Source: Podarcis gaigeae (taxonomy: Eukaryota). Taken from it: DNA of 64,000 nt. This document shows positions 41,325 through 54,954 of the stretch, piece after piece. A program made the translations under genes and the position numbers. Under the pieces are notes generated by a model. It worked only from the letters and a program-made list of their open reading frames with translations, made no database searches and was not told the DNA's origin. Numbering within the stretch: position 1 is the stretch's first letter; each line of letters begins with the position of its first letter. The stretch lies in the NCBI GenBank assembly GCA_964106915.2, contig OZ066919.1; one strand, 5' to 3'.

Positions 41325-41964
41325 CTCACAGTGGCCAGTCAGATGGGAAGTTCACAAGCAGGACATGAGGACAATGTATCTCTCCCTCAGGTATTCCTTA
41401 TCAGTTGGTATTCAGATGAAGGCAGCCTCTAATCCTGGAAGTAGCATGCAGGTGTCATGGCTACTCGGCTACTCGACATTGATAGCCTTCTCCTCCTTGA
41501 ATTTGTCTAATCCCCTTTGAAAGCTGTTCAAGTTGGTGCCTATCACCGCATGCTGAGGTAGCAAATTCCATAGTTTAACTTAGGGGGACTTAGGGATCCA
41601 AAGCTCCAAGTCACTTGTGCTGCTCCCCACATCTCCTGCCTCTTCCTGCTCCTTGTCAAAAACATAAGGTGGTATCTAACAAATTCTTTACAGAGTAGAC
41701 CTATTGAAATCAATGGACCTCAGTCATGCCTATTGAATTCAACAAGTCTACTCTCAATATGATGGACACTGAATACATCCCTGAATACATCCCAATATCT
41801 CGGAGAGAGATTGTTTTTACTTCTCTGTGGTAAAACAGCCATTACAAAACATTCTCTTCCTCGTTGTGTGATTTCAAGGTGGGGAAAGTACTGGAAAATC
41901 TGGATAAAACAATGGCATCCATGTTATTGGATAATGGAGCTGCATGTTAATATTGTGTCAGCTA

Positions 41965-42218
41965 AGTTTTGGCGGTTCCCTCATTGCGAGAAGCAAAGCT
42001 ACAGGGAACCAGGCAGAGGGCCTTCTTGGCGCCCGCCCTGTGGAACGCCCTCCCATCAGATGTCAAAGCGATAAACTACCTGACATTCAGAAGACATCTT
42101 AAGGCAGTCCTGTTCAGGGAAGTTTTTAATGTGTGATTTTACTGTATTTTTGGTTTCTGTGGAAGCCGCCCAGAGTGGCTGGGGAAACCCAGCCAGATGG
42201 GCGGGGTACAAATAATAA

Positions 42219-42248
<30 letters not shown>
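41965..42248 (+). mobile_element. L2 LINE 3' end with (TTA)n tail
   Basis: agggccttc...ctgtggaacgccctccca...ctgttcaggga...gccgcccagagtggctggggaaacccagccagatgggcgggg then (tta)n. Confidence 0.85.
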
Positions 42249-42249
<1 letters not shown>

Positions 42250-43228
42250 GTTGGCTTTTGGCAGCAAAAAGGGCCTCTGGGTCATATTTTTCAACAAATG
42301 ACACAGCTAAAACACAGCTAAAATTCTGCGTTACTAAAACCCCAAGATTTTCATTTAAACAGCAAAATCAAATATTATCTGTTATGAGGAAAGATCATAT
42401 TTAATATTTCCTTTAGTTCCCTATTGTAGCACACAAGATAGCTTCGGAGGTGCAAAACAAGTGTGTCCTTAACTCCCAGCTCCGCTAACAAAAGCTTCAA
42501 ATAATTAATCTATTGATTAAAGCTTGCAACCCTAGTTAAAACAGAATCACAGCTGATTAAAGATGACAGTCAAATGACAACATTCTCACTGTCTAGGTAT
42601 CACATCCTCCAGAAAACAGAATATAGCTCATTAGCGGCAGATAGTTCAGTTCACATATCTTCAAGAGAGAGAGAGAAATCTCTGGCAAATGGAAGTGTGC
42701 TTTTCCTTTAGACAGGATGTCCCCAGCTTTCAAGCAGATTTGGCTTTTTGAACATCAGGTGTGTAGGACCCACATTGACAAGCAAATTGCTCACATTAAA
42801 GGATATATTCTGAAGGCTGAAAATACCACGAGCATCCAAAGAAACAACAAATTAGAAGGATGGTTTTAGAAAGGCTGAAGCCATGGAAGGGTTGGAAATG
42901 GTCAGGGTTCCTACTCTGCAGACAACAGCTCACTCCACCGGTGGTCAGGAGGAGAACACTGAATGGATAATCCTGAGGAGTTGAGCCAGAATCAGCCGCA
43001 TCACAGGGCTGCATTGGGAGCCTGCTGGCTTCTTGCGACATTCAGCCTCAGTTGACCTGGAAGCTGTAGGCTTTTTAATGGGTTTTTGTAGATTCAATTC
43101 CTAGTATCTCCAGGGATGGCTGGAGGAGAAGTGCATCTGAAATCCTGGAGAGCTACAGGCATTACTGAGCTCAAGGAACTCATATGTTTCTAAACTGTTT
43201 GTAGCACATCTTAGCTTTTCACATTTTA

Positions 43229-43883
43229 CCGTATTTTTCACCCTATAGGACGCACTTTTCCCCCTCAAAAATGAAGGGGAAATCTGTGTGCGACCTATGG
43301 GGCGAATACAGGCTTTCGCTGAAGCTTGGAGAGTGAGAGGGGTCGGTGCGCACCGACCCGTCTCGCTCTCCAGGCTTCAGGAAGCTATCAGCAAGCCTGG
43401 GGAGCCCGCGGGATAGCAGCCTCCCGCCCGGCGCGCGGGGCGCCCTGAAGCAGAGCGCCCCTCGCGCCGGGCAGACATCTGCAGCGTAGGGAGCTCTGCA
43501 GGAACTCCCGCGGGGCTCCCCACGCTGCGGATAGCAGCCTCCCTCCCAGAGCGCGGGGCACCCTGAAGCAGAGCGCACAGCGCGCCGGGCAGACATCCGC
43601 AGCGTGGGGAGCCCTGCGGGAGTTCCTGCGGGGCTCCCCAGGCTGCGGATAGCAGCCTACTGCACAGAGTGCGGGGTGCCCTGAAGCAGAGTGCCCCACA
43701 TTTCGGGCAGACATCAGTCAGCCCCACAAGCTCGGAGGACAGCGGGGAGCCGCAGCGCCATCATCCCGCTGTTCCCCGACCTGGTTTTGGGGGGGAAATA
43801 AAGGGGAAAATTTCCTTTATTTCCCCCCAAAAAAACTAGGTACATCCTATGGGACGGAGCGTCCTATGGGACGAAAAATACGG
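43229..43883. mobile_element. Tc1/mariner (Tc2-like) MITE with internal 118-bp GC-rich tandem repeat
   Basis: TIR CCGTATTTTTC/GAAAAATACGG, TA TSD; gatagcagcc recurs at 43412, 43530 and 43648. Confidence 0.9.
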
Positions 43884-43915
43884 TATTTTAAATTGGGTCA
43901 TGCTACAAAACATGA

Positions 43916-44301
43916 TGGAAAGAAGCAGAAGTTCCAGCAAAGGAAAAATGGGTACAAAAACTTATGGAATACTGTATGCAGAAATGGCGAAACTTAGTGG
44001 AATAATAAGAAATCAAGATAACAAACTTTTTATAAAAGAATGGAAATGGTTTATTGAATATTTTCAGATAAATTGCAAACAGATAAAAACATGAGCAGGA
44101 TTATTGTAATAACCTGCAGTTTCATTAGAGTATATATTTAAAGTAGATAATTAAATGAATGTGGATATGCAGAAGATATTAAAAAATAAATTTAAGGAAC
44201 TGCAGAAAGAGCGGGAAGGAAGTCAAACTTTGAAATCTTAAACTGATTGTAAAACTAATGAAATGTATAAACTTGAAAAGTATAAATAAAAACTTTTTAA
44301 A
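43916..44301 (+). mobile_element. 5'-truncated L1 with 16-bp TSD
   Basis: YAEMAKLSGIIRNQDNKLFIKEWKWFIEY; AATAAA at 44285; TSD atgctacaaaacatga at 43900-43915 and 44302-44317. Confidence 0.85.
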
Positions 44302-47300
44302 ATGCTACAAAACATGAAAAGGTGTCTTGTCATAAGAAATAGTGAGATTAATGCAACAGAGGAAAGACCCCTTGGGGCGGGGGGTGTAAGCATAAAACAA
44401 CAGTACATTCTTCTAATAAGGATAGAAAGGTTATGTGTTTGTGTTTGCCTATATCTGTGTTTTTGCAATGGAATTTCAGTCATTCCAGGCGCCAGCGACA
44501 CCTGCTCTCCATCTGGTACGGAGCAAAGGCATTCAAGAGAAACTTAAGGAAGCATTGTGCTTTCCACTTGATTTCGTTGGTGTGACCTAATGCAATGAGA
44601 CAAGGGCCAATTCATCTTTGTGCAATGTGTCGCAATGCGAAACATCAGCCTGCACTAATGGAAAAGGAAAAAATGTAGCCTGAGGAGTCAGAAAGGGTGT
44701 TAGCTACCTGCAGAGATGTAGGTCAATGGCATACAAAGCCATTTGGAAGTTCTTGGAAACAAGTACAAGTGGCTGGGTGAGAAAACACGGCTTGGCATCA
44801 CCTTTCCTTGTCTGGATGAGAGCCTTCCTAGGGCAGATGAAAGTGGGTAACTCAAGGAGTCGTAATGATTTCCAGGAGTAGATAGGCTTTTCTCTGCCCT
44901 TGTCTCAGATTGGCTCAAAAATAAACCGAGGAATTCCCCTCCCCCCAATTATGGAAATAGCTTGTCATATTTCCAAGTAACTGTAAAGTGGATTCAGATT
45001 GAGTGTGAATACACACCGTACTTTTGAAGCTCATTTAAAGCACCTTCCGCAAATAATCTTGAGAACTGTAGTTTACCACCCAAGAGCTTAAACTGGAAAG
45101 AAGTCAAGTTATTTTGCAATGGGACAGAGGGAATAACCTGGCTTGCTTCCGAGTCAATCTGAGACCAGGGCAGAGTGCAAGGGAGAGATCACCCATCCCT
45201 AGAAATAATATTAATGATATAATAGAAGACTGTGGAATGTATATATGTCTTGCATGGAATGGAAGTTAAGACAAACACTTATAACCTGTGATTTCTATGT
45301 TGTTGTTTGCATACAAGTGACTTTGCAATCACCTTAACTCTTCCCGTAAAATGAAGGCTTTCTGACCCTAGAATGGTGTTTCGAATCCCTTCCTTCTTTT
45401 GCATCACTTTAGTTTATAGCACAACTAAATAGTACTGACTCCCAGCTGCCACTGACAGCGCACAAGGACTGAGTTTTTCATCTGTCTAAGAGAGAAGGAG
45501 GCTATCTGCACATAGCCTCTTTGAAAGAATTCTAACAGCCAGCCATTAGGAGTGTGATTGCTCTTCTCCGCTCGAAAGAATACCATCACCCTACATGGAA
45601 GCAAGAAATATCATGCAAGTCCTCTGTACTTACAAGGAGCTTAGCAAACTTTGCAGTGGAGACCTGGCAGCCCATCTCCCGGAGGCTCTCTGCCCAAAAG
45701 CACTTGTAAAACTTCTGCTCACCCCCATTCCCTTTCTGCCCACCCCGCAGGCCTGCTGTACATCCACACGCAAGAGGTTGGATCTGTGTTTTTGAAACCT
45801 GTCAACTTGCCGTGCTATTAATCTCTCTCCCAAGCCAGGCCGCCGGCAAAATCCCCCGAGAGAGAGCGATGCAGGAGGCTCTGCCATTGTTTACAATGTC
45901 AAATCTTTCCGGGGAGGGACAATATTTGCCAAGTCTGCAAACTCTTGTATTTGCTAAAAGGGGAAGGGTATGCTCTAAAGTTTCACAGTGTCAAAGAACC
46001 TTATCTTGACATGTGGCTCCAACTGGAGGCTTGCCAGGAAGAATCCTTTATTATACACACATACACACAGAGCCCACACCAAAAGGTTTCTTACAACTCT
46101 TTAACCGAGGAACTGGTTTTAACTCGGAGACTTTGGGGCCAGTTTATTGTCCAGTTTTTCAGGTATCATTCAGAATCAGATGAAGAACGATGCCAACATC
46201 TTGTATCATGATCAAACCAACTTTCATCATTGCTCACTAGAATTCTGCCTGGGGTTGTGGGATGGATGGCTCAGGCCATTTCTGGCCCACATCGGTTTTG
46301 CATGTGTTCATTCATATGTCAGTTCTGTGCCATTTCCACATTAATCTGGGGTTTGGTTTTTAAATATATATATATATACAAAAAATGATATTTATTATAC
46401 ACAGGGTGGGATTTACCTAACAAATCCCATCAGAGGAAGCCCACCCAGGAATTTCCACTTGCACATTTGGGCTTTCACCACTCTCATCCCTCTGTGTGCC
46501 CTTGCACTCCCTGAGAACCCCCAGAGCAGCGTGTGGGGTGAGGAAAGAAGGGATCGTTCCACCTGACAAGCCAAAATGCTTGCGATGATGGAGCACAATG
46601 TTGAATTCCTCCCACAGTGTTGCATCCAACTTAAGCCCCATTGAAATTAACAACACTGAGGAGGTCATATGTATTACTTTCAATGGGCCTCCTCTGAATA
46701 GGACTAGCATTGGATATAACCCATACCTTAACACAAATTATGGTATTTAAATCTATTTTCCCCCTTAATTTACACATTTCTAAGCATATTTTAACCTAAA
46801 ATATTCCATTTTAAAATACATTATGGTACCTTTTCTCAGCCAGGAACTACACTGTAAGATCTGAAGAAATGTGAAATCAAAGAGATAATCACATCTATTA
46901 GATCAGGAGGTGAGAATAAGGTCTGTTTACTCAAAAATGTGAGCTGAACGAAGGTCTCCTCCATCCCTACCATGTCAGCTGCATTGAGCCAATTTCACCA
47001 TTCGACCAGTAACTGAATGAAAACTCTCCTGTATCGTCAAAGGCACAGTGGGATATATTTTAAAAAGAAATACTGCAAGTGGTAACATAATAAGCATCCT
47101 TTGCAGAGACTGTAGCTAGCCTAACAGATCCAATGCACCCTCATATCATAAGGACAGCTTGAATTTTGAAAAATGGGTTTGTCTTTCATGCACAATATTA
47201 GCACAGAACATGTCAAATGGCTCATGAATATAAATGTTGGGTTGCAGGAATCCAGTCATAGACCTGCTGAAAACAGGCTCATTGAGATAAATGAGACAAC

Positions 47301-47545
47301 TGAAGTCCTATTGATTTCACAGGGTGGGGGTCAACTCTAAGCAGGACTATATCTGGATGCAACCCACTGCTAGGCATATATGAAGATGCCTCAAACTGAA
47401 TCAGACCCCCTGGTCCATCAAGCTCACTCTTGTCTACATTGATGGACTGTGGCTTTCCAGGATTTCAGAGACAGTTTTGCCCCAGCCCTGCCTAGAGATG
47501 AATCAAAGCTGGGATATGCAGAACAGGTGGTCTGAGGCTCTAAGC

Positions 47546-48105
47546 CAAGGGTAGGCAACCTAAGGCCCGTGGGCTGGATGCGGCCCAATCGCCTTCTCAA
47601 TCTGGCCTGTGGACAGTCCGGGAATCAGTGTGTTTTTCCATGAGTAGAATGTGTCCTTTTATTTAAAACGCATCTCTGGATTATTTATGGGGCCTGCCTG
47701 GTGTTTTTACATGAGAAGAATGTGTGCTTTTATTTAAAATGCATCTCTGGGTTATTTGTGGGGTATAGGAATTTGTTCATTTCCCCCCCCCCAAAATACC
47801 GTATTTTTCGCTCTATAAGACGCACCAGACCACAAGACGCACCTAGTTTTTGGAGGAAGAAAACAAGAAAAAAAATATCCTGAATCTCAGAAGCCAGAAC
47901 AGCAAGAGGGATCGCTGCGCAGTGAAAGCAGCAATCCCTCTTGCTGTTCTGGCTTCTGGGATAGCTGTGCAGCCTGCATTCGCTCCATAAGACGCACACA
48001 CATTTCCCCTTACTTTTTAGGAGGGAAAAAGTGAGTATTATAGAGCAAAAAATAGTCTGAGGGTCTGTGGACCAGCCCACGGCTGGAAAAGGTTGCTGAC
48101 ACCTG
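47546..48105. mobile_element. hAT-Charlie-like MITE with nested Tc2-like MITE (47799-~48054)
   Basis: caagggtaggcaacc...ggttgctgacacctg, TSD ctctaagc/gtctatgc; the inner element starts TA|CCGTATTTTTCGCTCTATAAG. Confidence 0.8.
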
Positions 48106-49113
48106 GTCTATGCTATGACCCTTTCATTCTTTCCAGTATTCCATATTCTTAGATCTGCCTTCATGTCACCTCATGCTCCATTCATATGCATTGTGTGCCT
48201 CTTTAAGACACCGTCACATGCCAAGCATTTTAGAGAAAAAGGGGGCAGATGCTTGGCTGGTGTAAATCTGCTGCCAGCCAGTGGAAGTCAAAAGAGAGCA
48301 GCTCAGTAATTGAAATCAATGAGGCTATGATCGCTCTGACACCAGCTGCAGCACTGGATCTCTGCTAAAAACAAAGCTGTGTGTCGCTGAGCAGAGCTTT
48401 GGGTACAAATTGCATTCTCTCAGCCAGCACATCTTATCTCCTTTCCTGTAGGTGCCGACTGACACAGTAGTGGGAAAAGCAAAGAGTCTATCAAGTTTTC
48501 CTCTCTTATCCAGAGGCATCAGCAAAAATTTCCCAGCTTCTCTCATTACTGTGCTCTACAGAGATTACTGTTGGCTTAATTAATTTGCTGCTGTTACTGT
48601 TTCATTTATAGAAGGCAGAGCTAAATTACAAAGAATTACACATCAGTTTAGCTGCAGACCTCCAGCCGCACATGCCAACATTAAAGCCACTAATTTAATT
48701 CGGATGAATAAATGGCTGGCGGGTGACTTACGGTCTCTGTCTGATTCAGCTTTTCTTTTTTCTTTTTTTCATTTATCCGTTTATTAAAATATTTCTACCT
48801 TGCCCCATATTGGTTAATCTCAACAGTAAAACAGTTAAGTGCCACCTGAAACCTTAAAACAGGTTAAGTGTTCACTCATTACATTCAGTGAGTGTGCAAT
48901 CTGTCTGTACACAAATAACTGATCTGCACACTCATTCAGCTATTCCTATGGAACGTTCAATGAGTGTACAGTCTGTGTACCTGTACATTCAATTGTTCAG
49001 CTGCACCAGTCAAGAAGTGTAAATTCTTTCACACAAACACTTCCCCATGTATACAGATAACTTGTACCTGTGTTCAGTGTATTGTGTGAACAAGCCTATA
49101 ATAATCCATAATA

Positions 49114-49747
49114 AAGTTGAACCTCGGCTGTCGCACGCTTCGGAAGTTGAATGTTTCAGCTTTCGAACGCCGACAACCCAGAAATGAATGCTTCTGTTTC
49201 TGAACGTGCCTCAGAGATCGAACAGCTTCCAAGAAACGTTTCTCCATTGCCGACCAACAATTGTGCCTTGGTTGTCGAACGTAATTACAGATTACCATAT
49301 TTTCCTGTGTATAACACCCCCCCCCCGGTGTATAACCTGACCCCTATTTTTGGAACTCCAAATTTAGGAAATGGGGGGAAATTGCCCAGAGTTGTTGAGC
49401 TTTTGGGGGGGGGGGTTGCCGACAGTTGCTCACCCGCCAGACCGCTGCTGCCAATCACATACCTCAACGAAGCCACCAATCATCTGCCCATTCACCGCCA
49501 GCAGCCGCCAATCGCCCACCCACTTGCTGCAGCAGCAGCCAATCACCAGCAGACCTTGCCACAGCCACCGATCACCCACCCAATCGCCAATTACAATCTC
49601 CTGCTCACGGCTGCCACCAATCACACAACCATCCTCTGCGCTATCCGTGTATAAGATGACCCCCAATTTTTAACAATGATATATAATTTAAAAACCTTGT
49701 CTTAGACATGAAAAAATGCAGTACGTTTGACAACTGAGGTTCCACTG
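49114..49747. mobile_element. Tigger-like MITE with nested Tc2-like element (49295-49721)
   Basis: Outer element ends gaggttccactg|TA; inner TA|ccatattttcctgtgtataa...aaaaaatgcag|TA. Confidence 0.7.
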
Positions 49748-51549
49748 TAGTAATATTCAGCATAAGCAGTCAAATACTGAGTGTATACCCTCCACATGGC
49801 CCAAACGTCTGAGTAAAAAGCAAGGTTTTATCTAGGCTGAAGCATAACTGGAGCACCGTGGAGGAAAAGGCACTCTGCTGTGCTTCCACATAACGTAGAG
49901 CTCTCAGAGGTGGAGCACAATCGACAGCGCCCCAGAAGATCTTAATTCTCAGGAATATATTTTAACTGTCTTAAAATGCCTGCTTAAACAGGAAAGCACT
50001 TGAAATTCATCAGGGAGGAGGCTTGTTTATTCTCGGTCAGGAGGGAGTTCCACAGGATTTGGCCCACAATACTGACTGTACAACTCCTGATAGGTATAAA
50101 CTGTTTGTTTCTGCAATAATTTAGGAATAGATGAACCTGGTCCATGTCACTTTTGCATGTTTCGCCAGTATTAATTAAGGATTTCAAAGGAAACAATCTC
50201 TAAGTATTATTTAAGTGGGTGCTTCCTTTCAAAATACTGTAGAAATGTATTATTTTTAAAAATTTTAAAGTGAAGCACATCATAAATGGAGAAGAGTAAA
50301 TCCACCAGGTAACTAAGTGTCTATCTACATATTAGTCTGAGAAGTGTAGATCAGGCCATTTTGTAGATCAAAGACGGAATTCCTGAACCATCCCGGAAGT
50401 TATAGCTACAGAATTCCAGGGCTCCCCTGTACAGAGACCATGAAATTACTGCACATGTGTCCAACCAACTTTTGAAGCTTATAAATGCTTACAGTTTTCT
50501 CCTCCTAATTCTGAATGTGATGAGGAGACTCAACTTCTATAAGGATATTCCACTGAGAAGTAAACTAAGGCTTAGAAATCCCAGATTAGAGAGTAGGAAG
50601 AACTGGAAGATGGAGGCGTATACTAGGCATCCCCAGATGTCCAGGAGATAGATGGCTCCCTTCATCTTATCTTCTGGTACTTTGCATGATGTAGTTATGT
50701 AAAATGCTTCAGATCCTGCGCTGGAGTTTGTATCACATTGATAAGCAAGAAGTAAGTTGCATTCTATCAAAACAAGCCTACAGTGTACTTTGCATAAATC
50801 CAGCAGGAACATGCATGATGTTGAGCAAGAGTGGAGAGGCAAAGGCCCGAGGGCCTAATTCAGCCCTCCAAGCCTCTCTGTCCGCCACCCCCCGGAACTC
50901 TTCTCAGGTGACACAACCTTTTCAGCCACACCTTTTCTCTGCAGACCGCATCCTGCACAGGCCCAGCTCTTGCAACCTTCATTTGGTCCTTGAACGGTCA
51001 TAAAGACTCTTGCTTGCCTAGATGGGCAACAGAGAGGTGTGTGTGAAGAAACAAGCCCAAATTTTACATTCACTGTTGTACCCATTTTTGCTCCTGGCCT
51101 CACAAGGCAATCTCAGAAACAAGCTTTAGTTCTATATTCAGAGCAAGAAACCCCGTGCTGACATAGTTTACAATGTTCTGGGTCCGTCATCTTGCAGAGA
51201 AATACCCAAATCAACACAGGGACCTCTGGATTGTTAGAAACGTACGGTAATCTGCAACATTTGCAAAATTGTAAAGTGACAGTTGTTTTGATTTTGTCTT
51301 AAAATTTCTTTAAATTATTTAAGAACAAAGAACACATTGCTGGTGACCTTTTTTGTATTTTTGAAGTCACACACACACCCTTCATTGTATGGGCTGTAAT
51401 CTTTGTATCTGGAATTAGAGAGCCTTAGGGAGTTGATAAACATTAGCTGAACTAAGTAATCAGCCCAGAACTGATGGTGAGTTAAAGCCATTGGCTAGTT
51501 ATCTCCCTGTGATGATGTAAGCTCATCTAAGCTAAAAAAAAAAGTCTCT

Positions 51550-51929
51550 GTTTTTTTTCCCATCCAGAGATGGAAAGAAGATAAAGTCCCTACCAGAGAA
51601 GAATGGCAGATCAAGTTGATGGACTATGCCAAAATGGCTAAAATGACCGGAAGAATCAGAAATCAGGAAGACAAAAATTTTAATAAGGAATTTGGAAAAT
51701 TTATAATTTATCTTAAAAACCATTGTAAACAGTTAAAATCCTTAGTAGGATTGGAATAACACTTGTAGTTTAATGGTGAATTTTGGATACAATGGAGAGG
51801 TAAAAGACTGGATCATCATAAAAGATGCAGGAGGAAATGATTAACAATAGGACCCACAAAGGGGAGGAGGGAAGTCCAGGAGATTCTCTGGAATCTTATT
51901 TTTATGTTGTATGTTGGATATGTGACTGT
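51550..51929 (+). mobile_element. 5'-truncated L1 with TSD
   Basis: RWKEDKVPTREEWQIKLMDYAKMAKMTGRIRNQED; TSD aaaaagtctct at 51539-51549 and 51930-51940. Confidence 0.8.
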
Positions 51930-52369
51930 AAAAAGTCTCTATTTATTTCTCCACTCCCATAGTCATGCATTGTGCCGCTTTGCACCAAACAATTTGAACA
52001 GCCTCTCCTTCTACATCCAATTAGCTACCTCCCTATCTTGCCTTAAGTTCTTCCTTGAAACCTATTTCTTTGGCAAAGCCGTTCCTGGACAACTGTTACT
52101 TCAGCTCTCACAAAGTTTGCTGTTACATATCAAACACATGAAGCTCCCTTCTACTCACTCAGACCTTTGTCCCATGTCGCTCAGTACTGTCTATGCTGAG
52201 TGGGCACAGCTCAGTATGATTTCAGAAAGGGAACCTCTCCTAGCCATACCTAGACATACATCAGTCCTTAAAGGGTTGTTAACTGAAACCTAGTAATGGA
52301 GACAGAGTCTGTTCCTAGCTGTCTGGCTGATTTTTAAGGACTCAATTGATTAAATTAACAAGGAGAGCA

Positions 52370-53165
52370 CATGTTGCGGTTGGGGCCAACAGAACACTCC
52401 AAAGTTGTGGGGTGGGCTAATAGATCATTGGCCACCGTTGTGATTGGGCTTCCCTTGTTGTTGGGAAGAAGTTAATGTTGCCATTTGTTGATTGACAGCC
52501 AGAAATGCTAAAACTCCCTGCACGAAGCATAGAGCTTCCTCTTTTCGCCCCGTGCATCAGATTGCCCATCCCCCCCTCCCTAAAATTAGTGTTGTTCGCT
52601 TTGACCTTGCTATGCCTGTCATGGGGTCTTCTGCTCTTGGGACAGGGGCCTGGTACGAATTTTGTCCATCTGGCAGATTGGCTGGGCCAGTTGGGTTTTT
52701 TGCCTACTGCGTAGCAAATCGTTCCAACTTGTAAGGTTGCGGTTAGGCATTGGTTTATGGTTTGGTTGGTTGAGGGTAATGGATTGGCTGTGCCTGCCCC
52801 TCTAATGCTGCTGCTGCAAGGGATTCCATTAAAGGAATACAGGGGCTCACTATTGCTTTTGTCTGAACCCTGTCAAGGGGCTAGGGCCACACAAGAGCCC
52901 CTGATTGCATTTGGGGAGGGCTGAGGGCAGGTTCCCTGCTCCGTCGCTACCCCCAAGTGTATACCCCTTTTCTGACTTTCGCAGGCGTGTGGAATGCCAG
53001 TCTGTCCCCCACTGGGGGGGCAGATAGTCGCAACCAATGCCTAAGCAACCACTCACATTTTTGTATTTAATAAAGTTGTGGCCAAAATTATGCCAAAAGC
53101 CCTAAACAAAATTTCTATGTGATGTGTGAGTTATTTGGGGTGGCCCTGGGGACCTCGACATGCAA
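52370..53165 (+). mobile_element. DIRS/Ngaro-like non-autonomous retroelement
   Basis: aataaagttgtggcc 3' motif; internal complementarity (ggttgcggttaggcattggtt ~52735 vs aaccaatgcctaagcaacc ~53032); no TSD seen. Confidence 0.5.
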
Positions 53166-54129
53166 CGCTTATGTTGCAGAAGGGAAACTGCAAAAGCAGT
53201 TAAATCTGTGTTCGCTTCACCTCAAGAAGGGCTTTTAAAAATAAAAAAATAAAAAAATAAAAATCCCTTTTTGTGAGCACACCATTTTTCTAAAAGCGGT
53301 TTAGAAATGGAAGGGATGGGTGCCAATTGAAATGGGAAGTGTGCAGCTTGCAGAACGGGAAGGTCTGCCTCAGCAGCCTTGGGTAGCGGGTTTGCTGTCA
53401 GTCTTGGGGAGTTCCCAGAAGCCAAAAAACAAAACAAAAACAGAACAAAAAAACCCCAAACCAGATGAAGAGTATGTCTGCAGGGGGTTTGGGGAAAAGA
53501 TCATCTTTGCTGCACCATTTTAGAATAACCCAAACCTAATGTCTGGGTTGTCTGACTTCAGGCAGGAAACTTATGCTGGGAGACATATGGACAAAAGACA
53601 GGCAGTTTGTGATGTGCTTGCGGGTCAGTGGGCTTTTTTCACTTGGACTGAGATGCCTAACATGGCCATGTCCTGCTCAGATGCTTTTGATACTAGCCGG
53701 AGGGTGTTGGACTTGTGAGCTCACTATCTAAATATACATTCCAAAATGAAGAACTGGGCCCCCAAACTGATGTTTGGGTCTAAATAGGTTAACGACCTTT
53801 GGACTGGAGCACAGAAATGGGTCCTCTAAGCTTTGCTGTTGCACATGTATGCTTTGCAGAGTAGTGAAATCAGCTGTTGAGGCCACAAAATAGGTCTAGG
53901 TCTGTTGAATTTATGTCTTGCTTCCCACAACCATAACCAGAATTCCCTTCAAAATCTAGGGCCATTAATTCAATGGAACGGATGAGAAACTGCTATTGGT
54001 TGAGCTCTGGTGTGGATTTGAAAACAACTCACTCATGGATGGTACGCTGGCTTGCAGTGGAACCTGACTAACCAGAACTTTGAATCCACTCCAAAGGACT
54101 TGCCAGGTTAATTTGATGGTGTCAAAGCA

Positions 54130-54220
54130 ACACAAGAGATTTGTGGTACCTTCAATGTGAACATGTTTATTGTGGCATAAGCTTTTTGAGGACTAGAGCT
54201 GACTTCAGCAGGTGCTTGAA
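54130..54220 (-). mobile_element. Penelope-like element terminal fragment
   Basis: Reverse complement aagcttatgccacaataaacatg...gaaggtaccaca resembles reptile Penelope termini. Confidence 0.5.
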
Positions 54221-54493
54221 ATGCTATTATTGAGCAGTATGGCAAAGAAAGATGCTAGATTGGTGTGGGGTGTGTGTGTGTTCGTGTGTACAAAGATTGG
54301 GGCCAAAACTCCATGAAATCCAAGGGGTAGCAGGGGTCTGAAAGACTTGTACAGAGAGGTCAAATTGACATAGAGGTAAGAACATCTTGCATCCACTATG
54401 GTACTTTTCTTGGATCCATATATTGTGGGATGATGACCTATGGACTAATGACACGCAAGAAAGGAAGCAAACCATTGTGTGCATTCCAGAATA

Positions 54494-54719
54494 CAGTGGT
54501 ACCTCGGGTTACAGATGCTTCAGGTTACAGACTCCACTCACCCAGAAATAGTACCTCGGGTTAAGAACTTTGCTTCAGGGTGAGAACAGAAATCGTGCTC
54601 TAGCGGCACAGCAGCAGTGGGAGGCCCCATTAGCTAAAGTAGTACCTCAGGTTAAGAACAGTTTCAGGTTAAGAACAGACCTCCAGAACGAATTAAGTTC
54701 TTAACCCGAGGTACCACTG
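54494..54719. mobile_element. Tigger-like MITE
   Basis: CAGTGGTACCTCGGGTTA TIRs, TA TSD. Confidence 0.9.
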
Positions 54720-54954
54720 TATGCACAAACAGCAGATTAAATGGGGATGTGGGTTTTCTTTCCAACAGGAAGTGAGTGTGGGAAGATGTTAGTCTGACAG
54801 CACACTCACCACTTCTCATGGAAGCTGACCATCCAACAACCACCACTGGTGGAGTTCAGCACAGACACTTTTAACAGAGGAGTCATGTAGGATAAGAGCT
54901 TCTCACAGGAAACTGCTGCCATCCTGTGGTCATTTATTTCCAAGCACCTTTTGG

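Noticed and set aside
43243-43727. Three overlapping >100-aa GC-rich ORFs
   Set aside because: By-products of the 118-bp tandem repeat inside a MITE.
49151-49673. Pro/Ala-rich ORFs up to 167 aa
   Set aside because: They lie in low-complexity internal repeats of nested MITEs.
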